Below, piece by piece: positions 49,158-59,167 of a stretch of 64,000 nucleotides of DNA. Source of the DNA: Candidatus Latescibacterota bacterium (lineage in GTDB: Bacteria > Latescibacterota > UBA2968 > GCA-2709665); the NCBI GenBank assembly GCA_965208835.1, contig OZ242358.1, forward strand, positions 832,001 through 896,000, written 5' to 3'. Within the stretch, counting starts at the first letter, position 1; every line of letters starts with the position of its first letter. The notes beneath the pieces are model-generated. The model searched no databases. It was not told the origin of the DNA and saw only the letters and a program-made list of their open reading frames with translations. The translations under genes were made by a program, and so were the position numbers.

Positions 49158-50255
49158 ATGGAATCGGTACGAACTGACCGCTGTGACGGTCTCGATCCGC
49201 AGCGTCTGATGCGGGTCCGCGAGGTGCTTGAACGCCACGTCCGGGCGAAAAGTACGCCAGGTGCTGTTGGCCTCGCGGTGCGAGGCACGGGTGAGGTTGC
49301 GTGCTGGACGGCGGGGCGGCACACGTACGAGCCGGACTCACCGAGAGTGTGTGAGGACGACCTGTACGATCTCGCGTCGCTGACCAAGGTGGTCGTGACA
49401 ACGTCGATCTGTATGGTGCTTGAACCTCATCTGAACCTGGATGAGCGGGTGGACAAGCACCTGCCGGCGTTCCAGGGGGACGGTAAAGATGGCGTGACGA
49501 TCAGGCATCTTCTGGCTCATTGCGCGGGACTGCCTGCCCACCAGCGTTTTTTTGAGACTTTCACGGGCAGGGACGCGGTACTCTCGGCGGCGTGCGGAAC
49601 GCCTCTCGCGTACCCCCCGGGGACCAGGACGATTTATAGCGATCTCAGTTTTCTGTTGCTTGGCGCGGCCGTCGAGCGCGCGGGCGGGGCGCCGCTGGAG
49701 GTACTTGCCCGGCGGTACGTCCTGGGTCCTGTCGGGATGGCAGAGACGATGTATCTGCCATCCCGAGAGCTGGTGGGCAGGATTCCGCCAACGGAATTTC
49801 AGGCCGAGCAGCGCAGGGGGCTGATTCATGGCCAGGTGCACGATGGAAACGCCTGGGCGATGGGCGGGGTGGCGCCGCACGCGGGACTCTTCGGGACCGC
49901 GGCTGACCTTGGGCGTTTCCTGGAGGTGATCCTGAATGGAGGGAAAGTCGCGGGAACCCGCGTGTTTTCCGAAGCTGCGATCCGCCGGTTCACGTCGCGG
50001 GCCGGATTGGCGCCCGGCAGTACCCGCGCGCTCGGCTGGGATACGGTATCGACGGTGGGGAGTTCAGCGGGCCGGCATTTTTCCGTCCGGTCGTTCGGGC
50101 ATACCGGATTTACGGGGACTTCCGTCTGGGTGGATCCCGAACGAGGCGTGGGCGTGGTACTTCTGACGAATCGGGTGCATCCTACCCGCGAGAACGAGGG
50201 GATTCGGAGATTGCGCCCCGAGTTTCACGATGCGGTGATGGAAGCGGTTATATAG
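49158..50255 (+). CDS. Serine hydrolase, beta-lactamase family
   Basis: DLASLTK (SxxK), YSD, VHDGNA, HAGLF, GHTGFTG and LLTNRVHP motifs. Confidence 0.92.
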   Translation: MESVRTDRCDGLDPQRLMRVREVLERHVRAKSTPGAVGLAVRGTGEVACWTAGRHTYEPDSPRVCEDDLYDLASLTKVVVTTSICMVLEPHLNLDERVDKHLPAFQGDGKDGVTIRHLLAHCAGLPAHQRFFETFTGRDAVLSAACGTPLAYPPGTRTIYSDLSFLLLGAAVERAGGAPLEVLARRYVLGPVGMAETMYLPSRELVGRIPPTEFQAEQRRGLIHGQVHDGNAWAMGGVAPHAGLFGTAADLGRFLEVILNGGKVAGTRVFSEAAIRRFTSRAGLAPGSTRALGWDTVSTVGSSAGRHFSVRSFGHTGFTGTSVWVDPERGVGVVLLTNRVHPTRENEGIRRLRPEFHDAVMEAVI

Positions 50256-50321
50256 TAAACGCGGGAGCCCGGGTCGGTATCGACTGGCGGAAAAATGGTC
50301 CGTAAGTCTCGAACCGGGACG

Positions 50322-51875
50322 CTATTGCACCACCTGGTTGAGGTAATCCAGGTCCAGTTCGGGGTACGCAGGGTAGCGTTCAAGCAGGTGCGCCACCGCC
50401 TCGCGGGCTTCCTCGAGCGCCGCCGGGCGGGTCCTGAAACGCGCCTTGCTCGGCTTTCCGGTGAGTGCGCCTTTCTTGATGCGGACTGGCCGCGTGTTGG
50501 AAAGCACAAGGCGCAATATAGCGGCGATCTTCCCCATATCTTCCGCTCCCATACCCAGCGTCGTAAGGGCGGGTGTGCCGAGCCGAAGGCCGCTCGTATA
50601 CCAGACGCCGTTCGTATCGAAGGGCAGGGCATTGCGGTTGAGGGTGATCCGGGCGGCACGAAGGGCGGCTTCCGCCTGTCTTCCGGTCAGGCCGAGTGGC
50701 GTCACGTCGATGAGTACCATGTGGTTGTCCGTGCCGCCTGTGAGTACGCCGAGCCCTTCCGCGACGCAGGCTTCGGCCAGGTCTGCGGCGTTCTCCACAA
50801 TGCGGCGCGCGTAGTTCTTGAATGTATCCGCTCCGGCCTCCTGAAAGGCGACGGCCTTGGCCGCGATCGCGTGCGGCAACGGACCGCCCAGCACCATCGG
50901 GCACCCCCGGTCCACGTGTTCGGCGTATTCTTCCTTGCAGAGAACCATGCCGCCCCGCGGGCCTCTGAGGGTCTTGTGTGTCGTGGTCGTCACAACGTCG
51001 GCGTGGGCAACGGGATCGTAGTCGCCGGTGAAGACCTTGCCCGCCACCAGACCGGCAAAGTGCGCCATGTCCGCCATGAAGACCGCGCCGACCTCATCCG
51101 CGATTTCCCTGAAGACCCGAAAGTTGATCTTTCGGGTGTACGCGCTGTACCCGGCCAGCAGAATCAGGGGTCTGAACGCCTTGGCCTGGCTGCGGATCCG
51201 TTCGTAATCGATGAGTTTTGTCTCCGGGTCCACACCGTAGGTTTCTACGTGGAACATCTTGGCAGAGACGTTTTGCCGGTATCCGTGGGTGAGGTGGCCG
51301 CCAGAGTAGTAATCGAGACCCAATAATTTCTGGTTGCCCAGCGCGGTTCTCAGTTCCCGCCAGTCGTCTTCGGAAAGGGCCGAGGGATCAGTGTGTCCCG
51401 TTCGTTCCATGAACGGCGCCTGAATGCGAGCGGAAAGGATGGCCCAGAACGCCACTAGGTTTGCGTCGGCGCCGGAATGAGGCTGTACGTAGGCATGGTC
51501 CGCCCCGAAGAGGTCTCGGGCCAGGGAAGCGGCGTGTTTTTCTACGGTGTCGACGTTGTCGCAGCCGGCGTAGAAGCGACGTTCGGGCACGCCTTCGGCA
51601 TACTTGTCGGTGAAGAGATTGCCCTGCGCGAGCTGTACGGCCAGCGAGCAGTAGTTCTCGCTGGCGATCATCTTCAGGTTGCCGCGCTGGTCCTCGAGTT
51701 CGGAAACGATGGATGCCGCCACCTGGGGCGAGACTGCGTTGATCTGTTCGAGTGACGCGAGGCAGGCCACAAACCCGGGATCCGCGGGATTGCCATTGGC
51801 GGCGGATTCGGAAAGATACCTGGCAAGCGGCGATGTCGAGCGTTTCATATCGGCTGTAGGTGTTGCCTGAACCAT
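50322..51875 (-). CDS. glyA: Serine hydroxymethyltransferase (long form)
   Basis: [41 protein letters not shown] and [14 protein letters not shown] motifs. Confidence 0.97.
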   Translation of the reverse strand: MVQATPTADMKRSTSPLARYLSESAANGNPADPGFVACLASLEQINAVSPQVAASIVSELEDQRGNLKMIASENYCSLAVQLAQGNLFTDKYAEGVPERRFYAGCDNVDTVEKHAASLARDLFGADHAYVQPHSGADANLVAFWAILSARIQAPFMERTGHTDPSALSEDDWRELRTALGNQKLLGLDYYSGGHLTHGYRQNVSAKMFHVETYGVDPETKLIDYERIRSQAKAFRPLILLAGYSAYTRKINFRVFREIADEVGAVFMADMAHFAGLVAGKVFTGDYDPVAHADVVTTTTHKTLRGPRGGMVLCKEEYAEHVDRGCPMVLGGPLPHAIAAKAVAFQEAGADTFKNYARRIVENAADLAEACVAEGLGVLTGGTDNHMVLIDVTPLGLTGRQAEAALRAARITLNRNALPFDTNGVWYTSGLRLGTPALTTLGMGAEDMGKIAAILRLVLSNTRPVRIKKGALTGKPSKARFRTRPAALEEAREAVAHLLERYPAYPELDLDYLNQVVQ

Positions 51876-52220
51876 TCTCTATCTCCCACACACGGTTGAT
51901 GGACCGTCCACGTCCGGCGGCGACCGGACACAATAAAACCCGGGCGGGAAAACAGTACGGCAAGCCCGGGGACTGACTCGTTTTCAGACTCGGCTTTCTC
52001 CAGTTGACGGTGGTTTGCGGCGTCTATCCGCCCCACCGTCGCATGGTGCCGCGCGGCACATCAATATATCGGACTTCCGGTGTCCGGTCAACCCATTTCT
52101 GGCAGAGTCACGAGGTAGGAGACGGTCCCGCAGGTTGTCGTGCCACAACGACTCTCAGGGGCCGGCGGGATTTGCAAATCCGCATGCATTGCCCGCTGAA
52201 TCCGCTCCGAAAATTTCCAC

Positions 52221-52249
52221 TTGCAAACGTCGTGCGGCCGGACTATATT
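52221..52249 (+). promoter_or_regulatory. Putative sigma70 promoter of pyrB
   Basis: TTGCAA-17 bp-TATATT. Confidence 0.6.
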
Positions 52250-52259
52250 TGCCCTCCAG

Positions 52260-52334
52260 ATGGGAATCTATTCTATACGAAATCGAATTTCCCGGATTTC
52301 CGGCTCCCCGGCTGCTGTCATTCAGCTCCCCTGA
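52260..52334 (+). CDS. Candidate 24-aa leader peptide (pyrL-like)
   Basis: MGIYSIRNRISRISGSPAAVIQLP; its TGA lies in the loop of the terminator hairpin. No SD sequence. Confidence 0.4.
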   Translation: MGIYSIRNRISRISGSPAAVIQLP

Positions 52335-52349
52335 CGGGGAGTTTTTTTT
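52324..52349 (+). terminator. Intrinsic terminator (attenuator) in the pyrB leader
   Basis: CTCCCC-tgac-GGGGAG followed by T8, ending 17 bp before the pyrB ATG. Confidence 0.8.
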
Positions 52350-52366
52350 GTGAGAAAGGGTGCTCG

Positions 52367-53293
52367 ATGGACAGCCTGTTCCACGTGGTCGAGGCGCAGC
52401 AGTTCAATCGGGAATTGCTGACGGAGATTTTCGCGGTGACCAAGGAGATGGAGGAAGTGGTGAGCGTCTACGGGTCCAGCATTCTCAACCGCCGGATCAT
52501 GGCCACGCTGTTTTACGAACCCAGTACCCGCACCCGGCTGTCTTTCGAGTCGGCCATGATTCGTCTGGGGGGCAGCGTCGTAACGACGGAGTCAGCGCGG
52601 GAGTTTTCCTCGGCGGCGAAGGGTGAGACCCTCGAGGACACCATCCGGATTGTGGAAGGATACGCGGACGTGATCGTGCTTCGGCACTACGAAGGGGGAT
52701 CCGCGAAGCGGGCGGCAGAGGTGGCGTCTGTGCCGGTCCTTAACGCCGGCGACGGTCCCGGCCAGCATCCCACACAGGCCTTGCTGGACGTCTATACCAT
52801 CCAGAAGGAGATCGGCCGGCTGGACGGGATTTCAGTAGCGATGGTGGGAGACCTCGCCAACGGCCGAACGGTGCGTTCGCTGGCGTACCTGCTCACCCGG
52901 TACAAAGACGTCAAGCTGTATTTCGTCGCGCCCGAACTGGTACGGATGAAGGCCGACATCAAGGAATACCTGAGCCGCAACGGGGTGTACTTCGAGGAAC
53001 GGGAAGACTTGATCGAGGTCGTGCGGGAGGTCGACGTGGTGTATCAGACGCGGATCCAGAGGGAACGGTTCGGCGACCGCACGGTGGACTACGAAGCGGC
53101 CCGGGGGCGATACATCATCGATACGAAGGTGATGGAGGCACTCTCCGATAATGGCCGCGTGATGCACCCCCTGCCACGCGTGGACGAGATCGACCCCGTT
53201 GTGGACACGGACCCCCGTGCGGCCTATTTCCGGCAGGCGCACAACGGCCTGTACATTCGAATGGCGCTGCTGAAGATGGTGTTGGCCGCGTGA
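52367..53293 (+). CDS. pyrB: Aspartate carbamoyltransferase catalytic subunit
   Basis: FYEPSTRTRLSFE, KGETLEDT, NAGDG..QHPTQALLD, TRIQRER and MHPLPR motifs. Confidence 0.97.
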   Translation: MDSLFHVVEAQQFNRELLTEIFAVTKEMEEVVSVYGSSILNRRIMATLFYEPSTRTRLSFESAMIRLGGSVVTTESAREFSSAAKGETLEDTIRIVEGYADVIVLRHYEGGSAKRAAEVASVPVLNAGDGPGQHPTQALLDVYTIQKEIGRLDGISVAMVGDLANGRTVRSLAYLLTRYKDVKLYFVAPELVRMKADIKEYLSRNGVYFEEREDLIEVVREVDVVYQTRIQRERFGDRTVDYEAARGRYIIDTKVMEALSDNGRVMHPLPRVDEIDPVVDTDPRAAYFRQAHNGLYIRMALLKMVLAA

Positions 53294-53303
53294 TGGTTTG
53301 CAG

Positions 53304-54043
53304 CTAACTCCGCGTCGCGATCAAGGCGGCGAGAGGTTTCTGCGCCAGGAAGTTGTCCCAGAAGGCCGCCTCCGGCTCGGCGGGGTCGAGGGAGGCGTCG
53401 ATCCAGCGGAAGTCGGTGAATCCGCTGTCTCGCATCGCCCGCTCATAGGTGGCGGGCGCCAGGTGGAAATTGTCGAACTCGAACACCTGGCCGTCTGGGT
53501 TGGTGATGCGATAGCGGATGATGTCGCCTTCCAGTAACGGATAGCGGCAGGTCCTTTCCAGGCCGTACTTCGACAGCGACTGACCCGGCTGAGGGGGCTC
53601 GCGTACGTTGTGGTTGAACCCAACCAGCATCCCGTCCGGAGGCAGGGCGCGGAAACAGGCGCGGCAGAAGGACGCCAGTTCGTCAGCCGTCCGTGCGTAG
53701 TTGAACAGATAGATGGCCGTAACGATATCCACCGGCGCTTCCGGTTCGTACAGGGCGGCGTCCTGGCAAACGAACCGGCAGCCGATCGGGTCCGCCCGCT
53801 CCTCGGCCTCGGCCAGCGCGATCATCTCCGGCGAGACGTCGACCCCAGTTACCGAGGACGCGCCGGCACGCTTGAACTGACGCGCATAGATCCCCTCCCC
53901 GCAGGCCAGGTCCAGCACGGTCTTCCCGCGCAGATCGCCCAATAGTTGGTACACCGTATAACGCTCGATGGCGTGACGGAACGGGAGAAGCTTCGATCGC
54001 GGTATTGCTCGGCGATGTCGTCATAAGGCTTCCGAGATGTCAT
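53304..54043 (-). pseudogene. Class I SAM-dependent methyltransferase with an N-terminal frameshift
   Basis: ATG 54043 gives MTSRKPYDDIAEQYR; a 1-bp loss near 54000 shifts to RSKLLPFRHAIERYTVYQLLGDLRGKTVLDLACGEG. A shorter intact ORF starts at GTG 53954. Confidence 0.75.
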
Positions 54044-54053
54044 GGAAATGACC

Positions 54054-55826
54054 CTACTGAAACGGCCCAATGTCCGGCATGGTCAACACCCCGGGCGCGG
54101 GGATGAGTCCCAGGCGACGCGCGAGCGTGAAGATCGGTTGAAGTCTGCGCATTGTATGGACGTATGCGGACGCGGCGACGGACTCACCGCTGCGGACAAT
54201 GCCGTGTTCCAGGAGATATTCCCAGGTGGATTTCGCCCTGGGAAAGACCCTGAACCGGAGTTCGGCATCCGGCGATAACTGTGCCGCCTCGCGAACGTGT
54301 TTCATCGCTGTCTGAAAACCCCCTAGTGCGTCCACCAGCCCCAGCTTTCTGGCGTCCTCTCCGGTCCAGATCCGGCCTCTGGCGATGTCGAGCACCTGCT
54401 CCTTCGGCAGCGAACGCCCCTCGGCCACCTTGTCGGTAAAGTCCTCGTACACCGTGTCCAGCCAGTTCTGAAACAATGTCCACTCTTCGTCGGAGAAGTC
54501 TTTGGTGCCCGTCCACATCGTGGAATGTGCGCTCGTGTGGACTTCATCCCACGAGATCCCGGTTTTCTCCCACAGCCCCGACGTGAGCATCTTGCCCGCC
54601 ACCACGCCTATCGAACCGGTAATCGTCCCCGGCTGCGCTACGATTTTGTCAGCGGCCATGGCCACGAAGTACCCGCCGGAGCCCGCCACGTCGCCCATGG
54701 ATACGACCACCGGTTTGCCGGCTTCGCGGGCACGGACGGTCTCGCGCCATATCGCGTCCGAGGCCACGTAGGATCCGCCGGGACTGTCCACACGGAAGAG
54801 GATCGCTTCGACCTCGTCGTCCCGGGCCGCATTCCGGAAGGCCCTGGCGACCGTATCCGATCCCATCGTGGTCTCGCCGGAGGCGGGGTCGAAATCGCTC
54901 TTGCCACGCGTCACGCTGCCGACACCGTAGATCAGCGCCACTGTCTCGGCCTGTTCGTGGTCGTCCTCTAGCCGGTTCAGGTATTTTCGCAGCGTCAGAA
55001 ACTTCGCGCCGGCGTCGACCTGTTCCTTCACGCGCTCGTAAACCTCGTCCCGGTATGCCAGACCGTCAATCAGTCCGGCCTCGAGCGCATCTTTCGCGAA
55101 GAACGGACCCCGATCGAAGAGGTCGCGGACAGCCTCCGGCAATAGGCCGCGCTTGTCCCCGATTCCCCGGACCAGCTGATCGAATTGCGAGTCCATCACC
55201 GCCTGCGTCGCTTCTTTGTGGGCGGGCGTGTACTGGCGTTCGGTGTAGACATTTTTCGCGCTCTTGTACTCATCCCGATGGTCCATACGGGGGACGATAC
55301 CCAGCTTTTCCAGCATTCCGCTGATGAATGGGGTCTCTGCGATCAGACCGGTCAGCCCGACGACGCCGGAAGGCTGAAGATAAATCTCGTCGAACGCGGA
55401 CGCGAGATAATAGGCGCCGTTGCCCGGACCGAACTCGCCGAATGTCTCGGCGTAGGCGACCGCCGGTTTGCCGCTCTCACCGAAGGCGTGGACGGCGTCT
55501 CGCACCTCCTGCAGCCGGGCGAGACCCATACCGCTGTTCCCGGCCCTTGCCAGAAGCGCCACGACGCGCTCGTCCGACGCGGCCCGGTGGAGGCCTTCCA
55601 CCAGATCGCGCACGGTTACCGCATCGGGGAACAGGATTTCGGCGATCGGATTACCCGGTACGTACTCGGGAAGATTCCGTTCCAGGTTTATTTCCAGGAT
55701 CGTGAATCGCGGGACCTCTTCACCTTGCCTGTAGATCAGCGCGACGGCGACTGCCGCAAGTACGATGACGAACAGTGTGGCCACGCCGCCGATAATGGCA
55801 AAGACCTTGATTGCGATCCGCTTCAT
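54054..55826 (-). CDS. sppA: Signal peptide peptidase SppA (67K type)
   Basis: N-terminal TM helix, YYLASAFDEIYL, YKSA, RVDSPGGS, SMGDVAGSGGY and TITGSIGV motifs. Confidence 0.95.
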   Translation of the reverse strand: MKRIAIKVFAIIGGVATLFVIVLAAVAVALIYRQGEEVPRFTILEINLERNLPEYVPGNPIAEILFPDAVTVRDLVEGLHRAASDERVVALLARAGNSGMGLARLQEVRDAVHAFGESGKPAVAYAETFGEFGPGNGAYYLASAFDEIYLQPSGVVGLTGLIAETPFISGMLEKLGIVPRMDHRDEYKSAKNVYTERQYTPAHKEATQAVMDSQFDQLVRGIGDKRGLLPEAVRDLFDRGPFFAKDALEAGLIDGLAYRDEVYERVKEQVDAGAKFLTLRKYLNRLEDDHEQAETVALIYGVGSVTRGKSDFDPASGETTMGSDTVARAFRNAARDDEVEAILFRVDSPGGSYVASDAIWRETVRAREAGKPVVVSMGDVAGSGGYFVAMAADKIVAQPGTITGSIGVVAGKMLTSGLWEKTGISWDEVHTSAHSTMWTGTKDFSDEEWTLFQNWLDTVYEDFTDKVAEGRSLPKEQVLDIARGRIWTGEDARKLGLVDALGGFQTAMKHVREAAQLSPDAELRFRVFPRAKSTWEYLLEHGIVRSGESVAASAYVHTMRRLQPIFTLARRLGLIPAPGVLTMPDIGPFQ

Positions 55827-56027
55827 GGCAGACCTCCATCGGAAAGGTACGGAAGAAAGCACGGACGCATTTAAACCGACGTCCAGGTTCTCGATATCGG
55901 AAAAGACTGTTATCCCATTCAAAGAGAAAACCGGAAACCGCCGCCTGCGACGATGAACTATCCATCGCCCAGGCCGACACTTCCGGCTGCGCGGATCCGG
56001 GGTTTCCGTGAGAGATGAGAGACCGGA

Positions 56028-56288
56028 TCAGGCGCCTGCTCGCAGTTCCACCTCCCAGCCCGGGAACACCAGGACGGCCGGATGGCAGGTTAACGCTCGT
56101 GCCAGTACCTTGGCGCGCTCAACGCCAAGCCGGATTCGTCCGTTTTCGATGGCCGAAATTGTCGGCTGAGGGATTCCGGTGCGCCTGGCAAGTTCATTCT
56201 GGCTGAGTTTCTGAAGTTCGCGGATTGTGCGGACCGATTCTCCTACGGAGACAGCCGCGCGCTTCTTCGCATTGCGGTGATTTCCCAT
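56028..56288 (-). CDS. XRE/HigA-like antitoxin
   Basis: GESVRTIRELQKLSQNELARRTGIPQPTISAIENG...HPAVLVFP; downstream of a RelE-like gene. Confidence 0.85.
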   Translation of the reverse strand: MGNHRNAKKRAAVSVGESVRTIRELQKLSQNELARRTGIPQPTISAIENGRIRLGVERAKVLARALTCHPAVLVFPGWEVELRAGA

Positions 56289-56305
56289 CTCGTTATCTCC
56301 CGTAC

Positions 56306-56566
56306 TCACTGTCCGCGTATGGCCCTTACACGGATTTCCCGTTTCTTGACTCTGTAGACAACGCGCCATCCGCCGTCCAGCCAGGACTGTCGCCGGCCCT
56401 TCTTCTTTCCCGGACGCGATTCGTCACGAAAACCCTCAATGCCTCTGACGCCTTCCGGGCCCGATAGGAATACCACGTCCTTCCAGGTCTCGTAGCGTTT
56501 TAGGGCCTTCGCGGGGATCGAATCGACCTGCCTGCCGACCCTGCGATGTTCGACGACGGTCCACAT
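56306..56566 (-). CDS. RelE/HigB-like mRNA interferase, possibly degenerate
   Basis: MWTVVEH...KRYETWKDVV..SGPEG.R...GFRDE...WRVVYRV; toxin-first gene order. Confidence 0.7.
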   Translation of the reverse strand: MWTVVEHRRVGRQVDSIPAKALKRYETWKDVVFLSGPEGVRGIEGFRDESRPGKKKGRRQSWLDGGWRVVYRVKKREIRVRAIRGQ

Positions 56567-56610
56567 ATTAAATAATATATAGTCTAAAAATAATATAAAA
56601 ACAAAAAATC

Positions 56611-56735
56611 GGTGAGACGTAAGACGGGAGAGGGGAGAGATTGCCTGCCTTGTGAGGTTTCTTCTCAAGCCGGGTGCAAGGAGGAATCAAACATCGGGCA
56701 GGGACTTCCTCTACCGGCTTCCCTCTACCGTCTGC
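56611..56735. repeat. Palindromic intergenic repeat family B, diverged copy
   Basis: GGTGAGACG...GGGAGAGGGGAGAGATTGCCTGCCTTGTGAGGTTTCTTCTC matches the 45737 copy. Confidence 0.75.
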
Positions 56736-56836
56736 CTGGTGGCTTCTTTTTTGCCATTTTCTGTTGACAAAGGACGATGGTACCGTGCATGTTTATTGTT
56801 GAATCGGGAAGTGCGGTTTTCGACGTTGAGGTCCAA

Positions 56837-57808
56837 ATGGGCGATGTACTCAAGGTGGAGCATATCGAGGCCGAGCCGGGGCAGCGGCGGGACGGCTATC
56901 TCAAGGTCGGAGAGATGCAGGATAACTCCCCGTCACGCCTTCCCATGGTGCTGGTGAACGGTGCGGAGCCGGGACCGACGCTGTACCTGCAGGCCGCAAG
57001 CGACGGAGACGAACTGAACGGAATCGCCGTGATCAGACGCGTGTTGAAACGGCTGGACCCCGCGGTTCTGAAGGGCAGGTTGATTGCGACCCTGATCGTC
57101 AACTTCCACGCCTTTCACGCGGGGGAGTCGCTGAATCCCGTTGACGGAAAGAAGATGAACCGGTGCTTTCCAGGTCGCAAGGAGGGCACGTCGAGCGAGC
57201 GTGTGGCGTATAGACTCTTCCATCGTGCCGTGAAACAGGCGGACTATTGTATCGATCTGCACCAGGGCGGCGTCCGGCCCATGATCGACGAAGTCCGCGT
57301 GAGGGTGGACCGGCGGAAACGCATCCATCGGGCGTGTATGGAAATGGCCCGTATTTTTGGCATTGGGTACATTCTGGACTGCCGGGGTCCGGAAGGTCAG
57401 CTGGCGCGCGCCGCGCCGGATGAAGGGATTCCAACGATCGATCCGGAGCTGGGAGGCTGTCTCGGTTGGGATGAAGACAGCATAAAGAAGGGCGTGACGG
57501 GGGTGGAGAATATTCTGAAGTACTACGGATTTATCGAGGGCCGCCCGCAAACTCCGCGTCGTCAGATCGTTGTGGACGGCTTCCTGTCGCTCCTGGCCGC
57601 CCGCGGCGGCTTTCTGGATTACCGGGCCGCACTATACGATCATCTGCAGAAGGGCGACCCCGTAGCGGACGTGACCGATCCTTTCGGCAGGGTTCTCGAG
57701 ACCGTTTACGCCCCTCAGGATTCCATATTCTGGGCGAGGTCGCTGCGGCCGATGGTCGCCACCGGCGAAGCACTGGCCATGCTCGGGAAGAATATACGCT
57801 ACGTGTAA
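56837..57808 (+). CDS. Succinylglutamate desuccinylase/aspartoacylase-family protein
   Basis: DGDELNG, MNRCFPG, IDLHQG and PELGG motifs. Confidence 0.9.
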   Translation: MGDVLKVEHIEAEPGQRRDGYLKVGEMQDNSPSRLPMVLVNGAEPGPTLYLQAASDGDELNGIAVIRRVLKRLDPAVLKGRLIATLIVNFHAFHAGESLNPVDGKKMNRCFPGRKEGTSSERVAYRLFHRAVKQADYCIDLHQGGVRPMIDEVRVRVDRRKRIHRACMEMARIFGIGYILDCRGPEGQLARAAPDEGIPTIDPELGGCLGWDEDSIKKGVTGVENILKYYGFIEGRPQTPRRQIVVDGFLSLLAARGGFLDYRAALYDHLQKGDPVADVTDPFGRVLETVYAPQDSIFWARSLRPMVATGEALAMLGKNIRYV

Positions 57809-57834
57809 ACAGAAGTCGCGGTGTTGCAGGGTGA

Positions 57835-58098
57835 TTATCCGCGGGCGGATCTTACGGCGTCGATGCGTTCGCGAACGACGGGGCGGATGTACACCTCCTC
57901 CAGCGATAGCTGTGCGAATTCCCGCGTGAAAATCTCATTTCGTGTTCTTACCTCAGCGCTTCGGTTCAGGATAAAGCGTCGCTTGCCTTTCACCATGCAC
58001 AGGCCGCCGTTGCCGCCTTCGAGATTCGCGTACGTGACGGGGATGTCCATGCGCTCGGCGAGGGCTTCGAATTCCTGCAATAGCTGGGTATCGGTCAT
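57835..58098 (-). CDS. Conserved-looking small hypothetical protein
   Basis: LLQEFEALAERMDIPV...GGLCMVKG....ILN...YIRPVVRE; 87 aa. Confidence 0.7.
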   Translation of the reverse strand: MTDTQLLQEFEALAERMDIPVTYANLEGGNGGLCMVKGKRRFILNRSAEVRTRNEIFTREFAQLSLEEVYIRPVVRERIDAVRSARG

Positions 58099-58356
58099 AA
58101 CGGTCAGGAAACAAGCTTTAAGCCGTCAGCCATTAGCCGTCCGCTAAACCGGTTAGCGATACGGACGCGCGACGCCAATCAGTTGGAAATATAAACAACA
58201 AGGTACGGATATACAACGGTACTGTAATGAACTCGAAGTACCCTTCGGAGATGACTCGAATGGGACCTCAGATGGACGTTGAGCGAATGGAGAGCGATTA
58301 CCGAGGCGTATGGTACTGTTGCGGAACCGGTCCGGAAGCCGTACAGGTGCATCTGT

Positions 58357-59166
58357 ATGACAACAATCGAACTTCATACGTTTACTGGCCCGAAAGCCTT
58401 CGGCAGGGCATACGGGGCTATGCTCGACAACGACCCTCATGCCGAAGGAAGCGTTGACCGCACGATCATGTCGGGCATGATCAGGCTTTGCAGCAAAACC
58501 GTGGCGTACCTTTACGAGGATTTCACGGACCTGGCGACAGGTTATGTTGAAAGTTCCCGACCGGTCCTGGAAGCATTGCTCGCGCAGGCTGAATTACCCA
58601 CTGGCGATCAGGAGCGGCAGGTTACCCGGATCGCTGAACTCACTCGAGGACTGGATCACGAAGATGCGCCTGGCAAGTTGGCCGATCTGAAGTTCGGTGG
58701 AACCGAAGAGGAGATCATTGCGAGGGGCACGGACTGGTGTACCGACGTGGCGCGCGTGGGGTGCACGTTGTATCAGGTTGCCGGCTTCCCCAGCCGAATT
58801 GTGAATCTCTTCAATCTCAATGCTGCCTACAGCTGACACGTGATCGTCGAAGTCCATCGACTGGGAACGTGGGGCGCCGTCGACACGAATTCGGGGATCG
58901 TCTATCGGAAGGACGACGGCCGGCCGGCAACGACGTGGGACCTGATGAACGACGCTGAATTGGTTATGCGGCACGAGGGTCCTGAAGGCCGGCATATGCG
59001 GCCGTCCCAGTTTACATCAGCCGGAATCGCCAACTACAATGTGTGTGATTCGGACACCTATGACTATACCGTAAGCGGATTGAACGATTACTATCGCGCA
59101 ATCCTGACCATGGCAAAAAGGGGCTGGCCTGGCGGGCTTCGATGGCTGCATGGCGAGGCCGATTAG
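58357..59166 (+). pseudogene. Transglutaminase-like protein interrupted by an in-frame TGA
   Basis: WCTDVAR (Cys) ... AYS-TGA(58834..58836)-HVIVEV (His) ... WGAVD (Asp) all lie in one reading frame. Confidence 0.75.
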
Positions 59167-59167
59167 A

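Noticed and set aside
51900-52050. Canonical ZTP, THF or glycine riboswitch before glyA
   Set aside because: Consensus elements could not be matched on the minus strand; an ACTCTCAGG glycine-like motif near 52151 is on the wrong strand.
52004-52366. 121-aa N-terminal extension of PyrB in the ORF track
   Set aside because: Homology begins at Met 52367, which has its own RBS; the extension spans the promoter and terminator.
58110-58230. Integron attC-like site (GCTAAACCGGTTAGC) before the transglutaminase gene
   Set aside because: Only a short palindrome, with no L/R box architecture, cassette array or integrase.
58834-58836. Selenocysteine or a UGA=Gly genetic code
   Set aside because: The position is not the catalytic Cys, and many intact genes in the window end in TGA.
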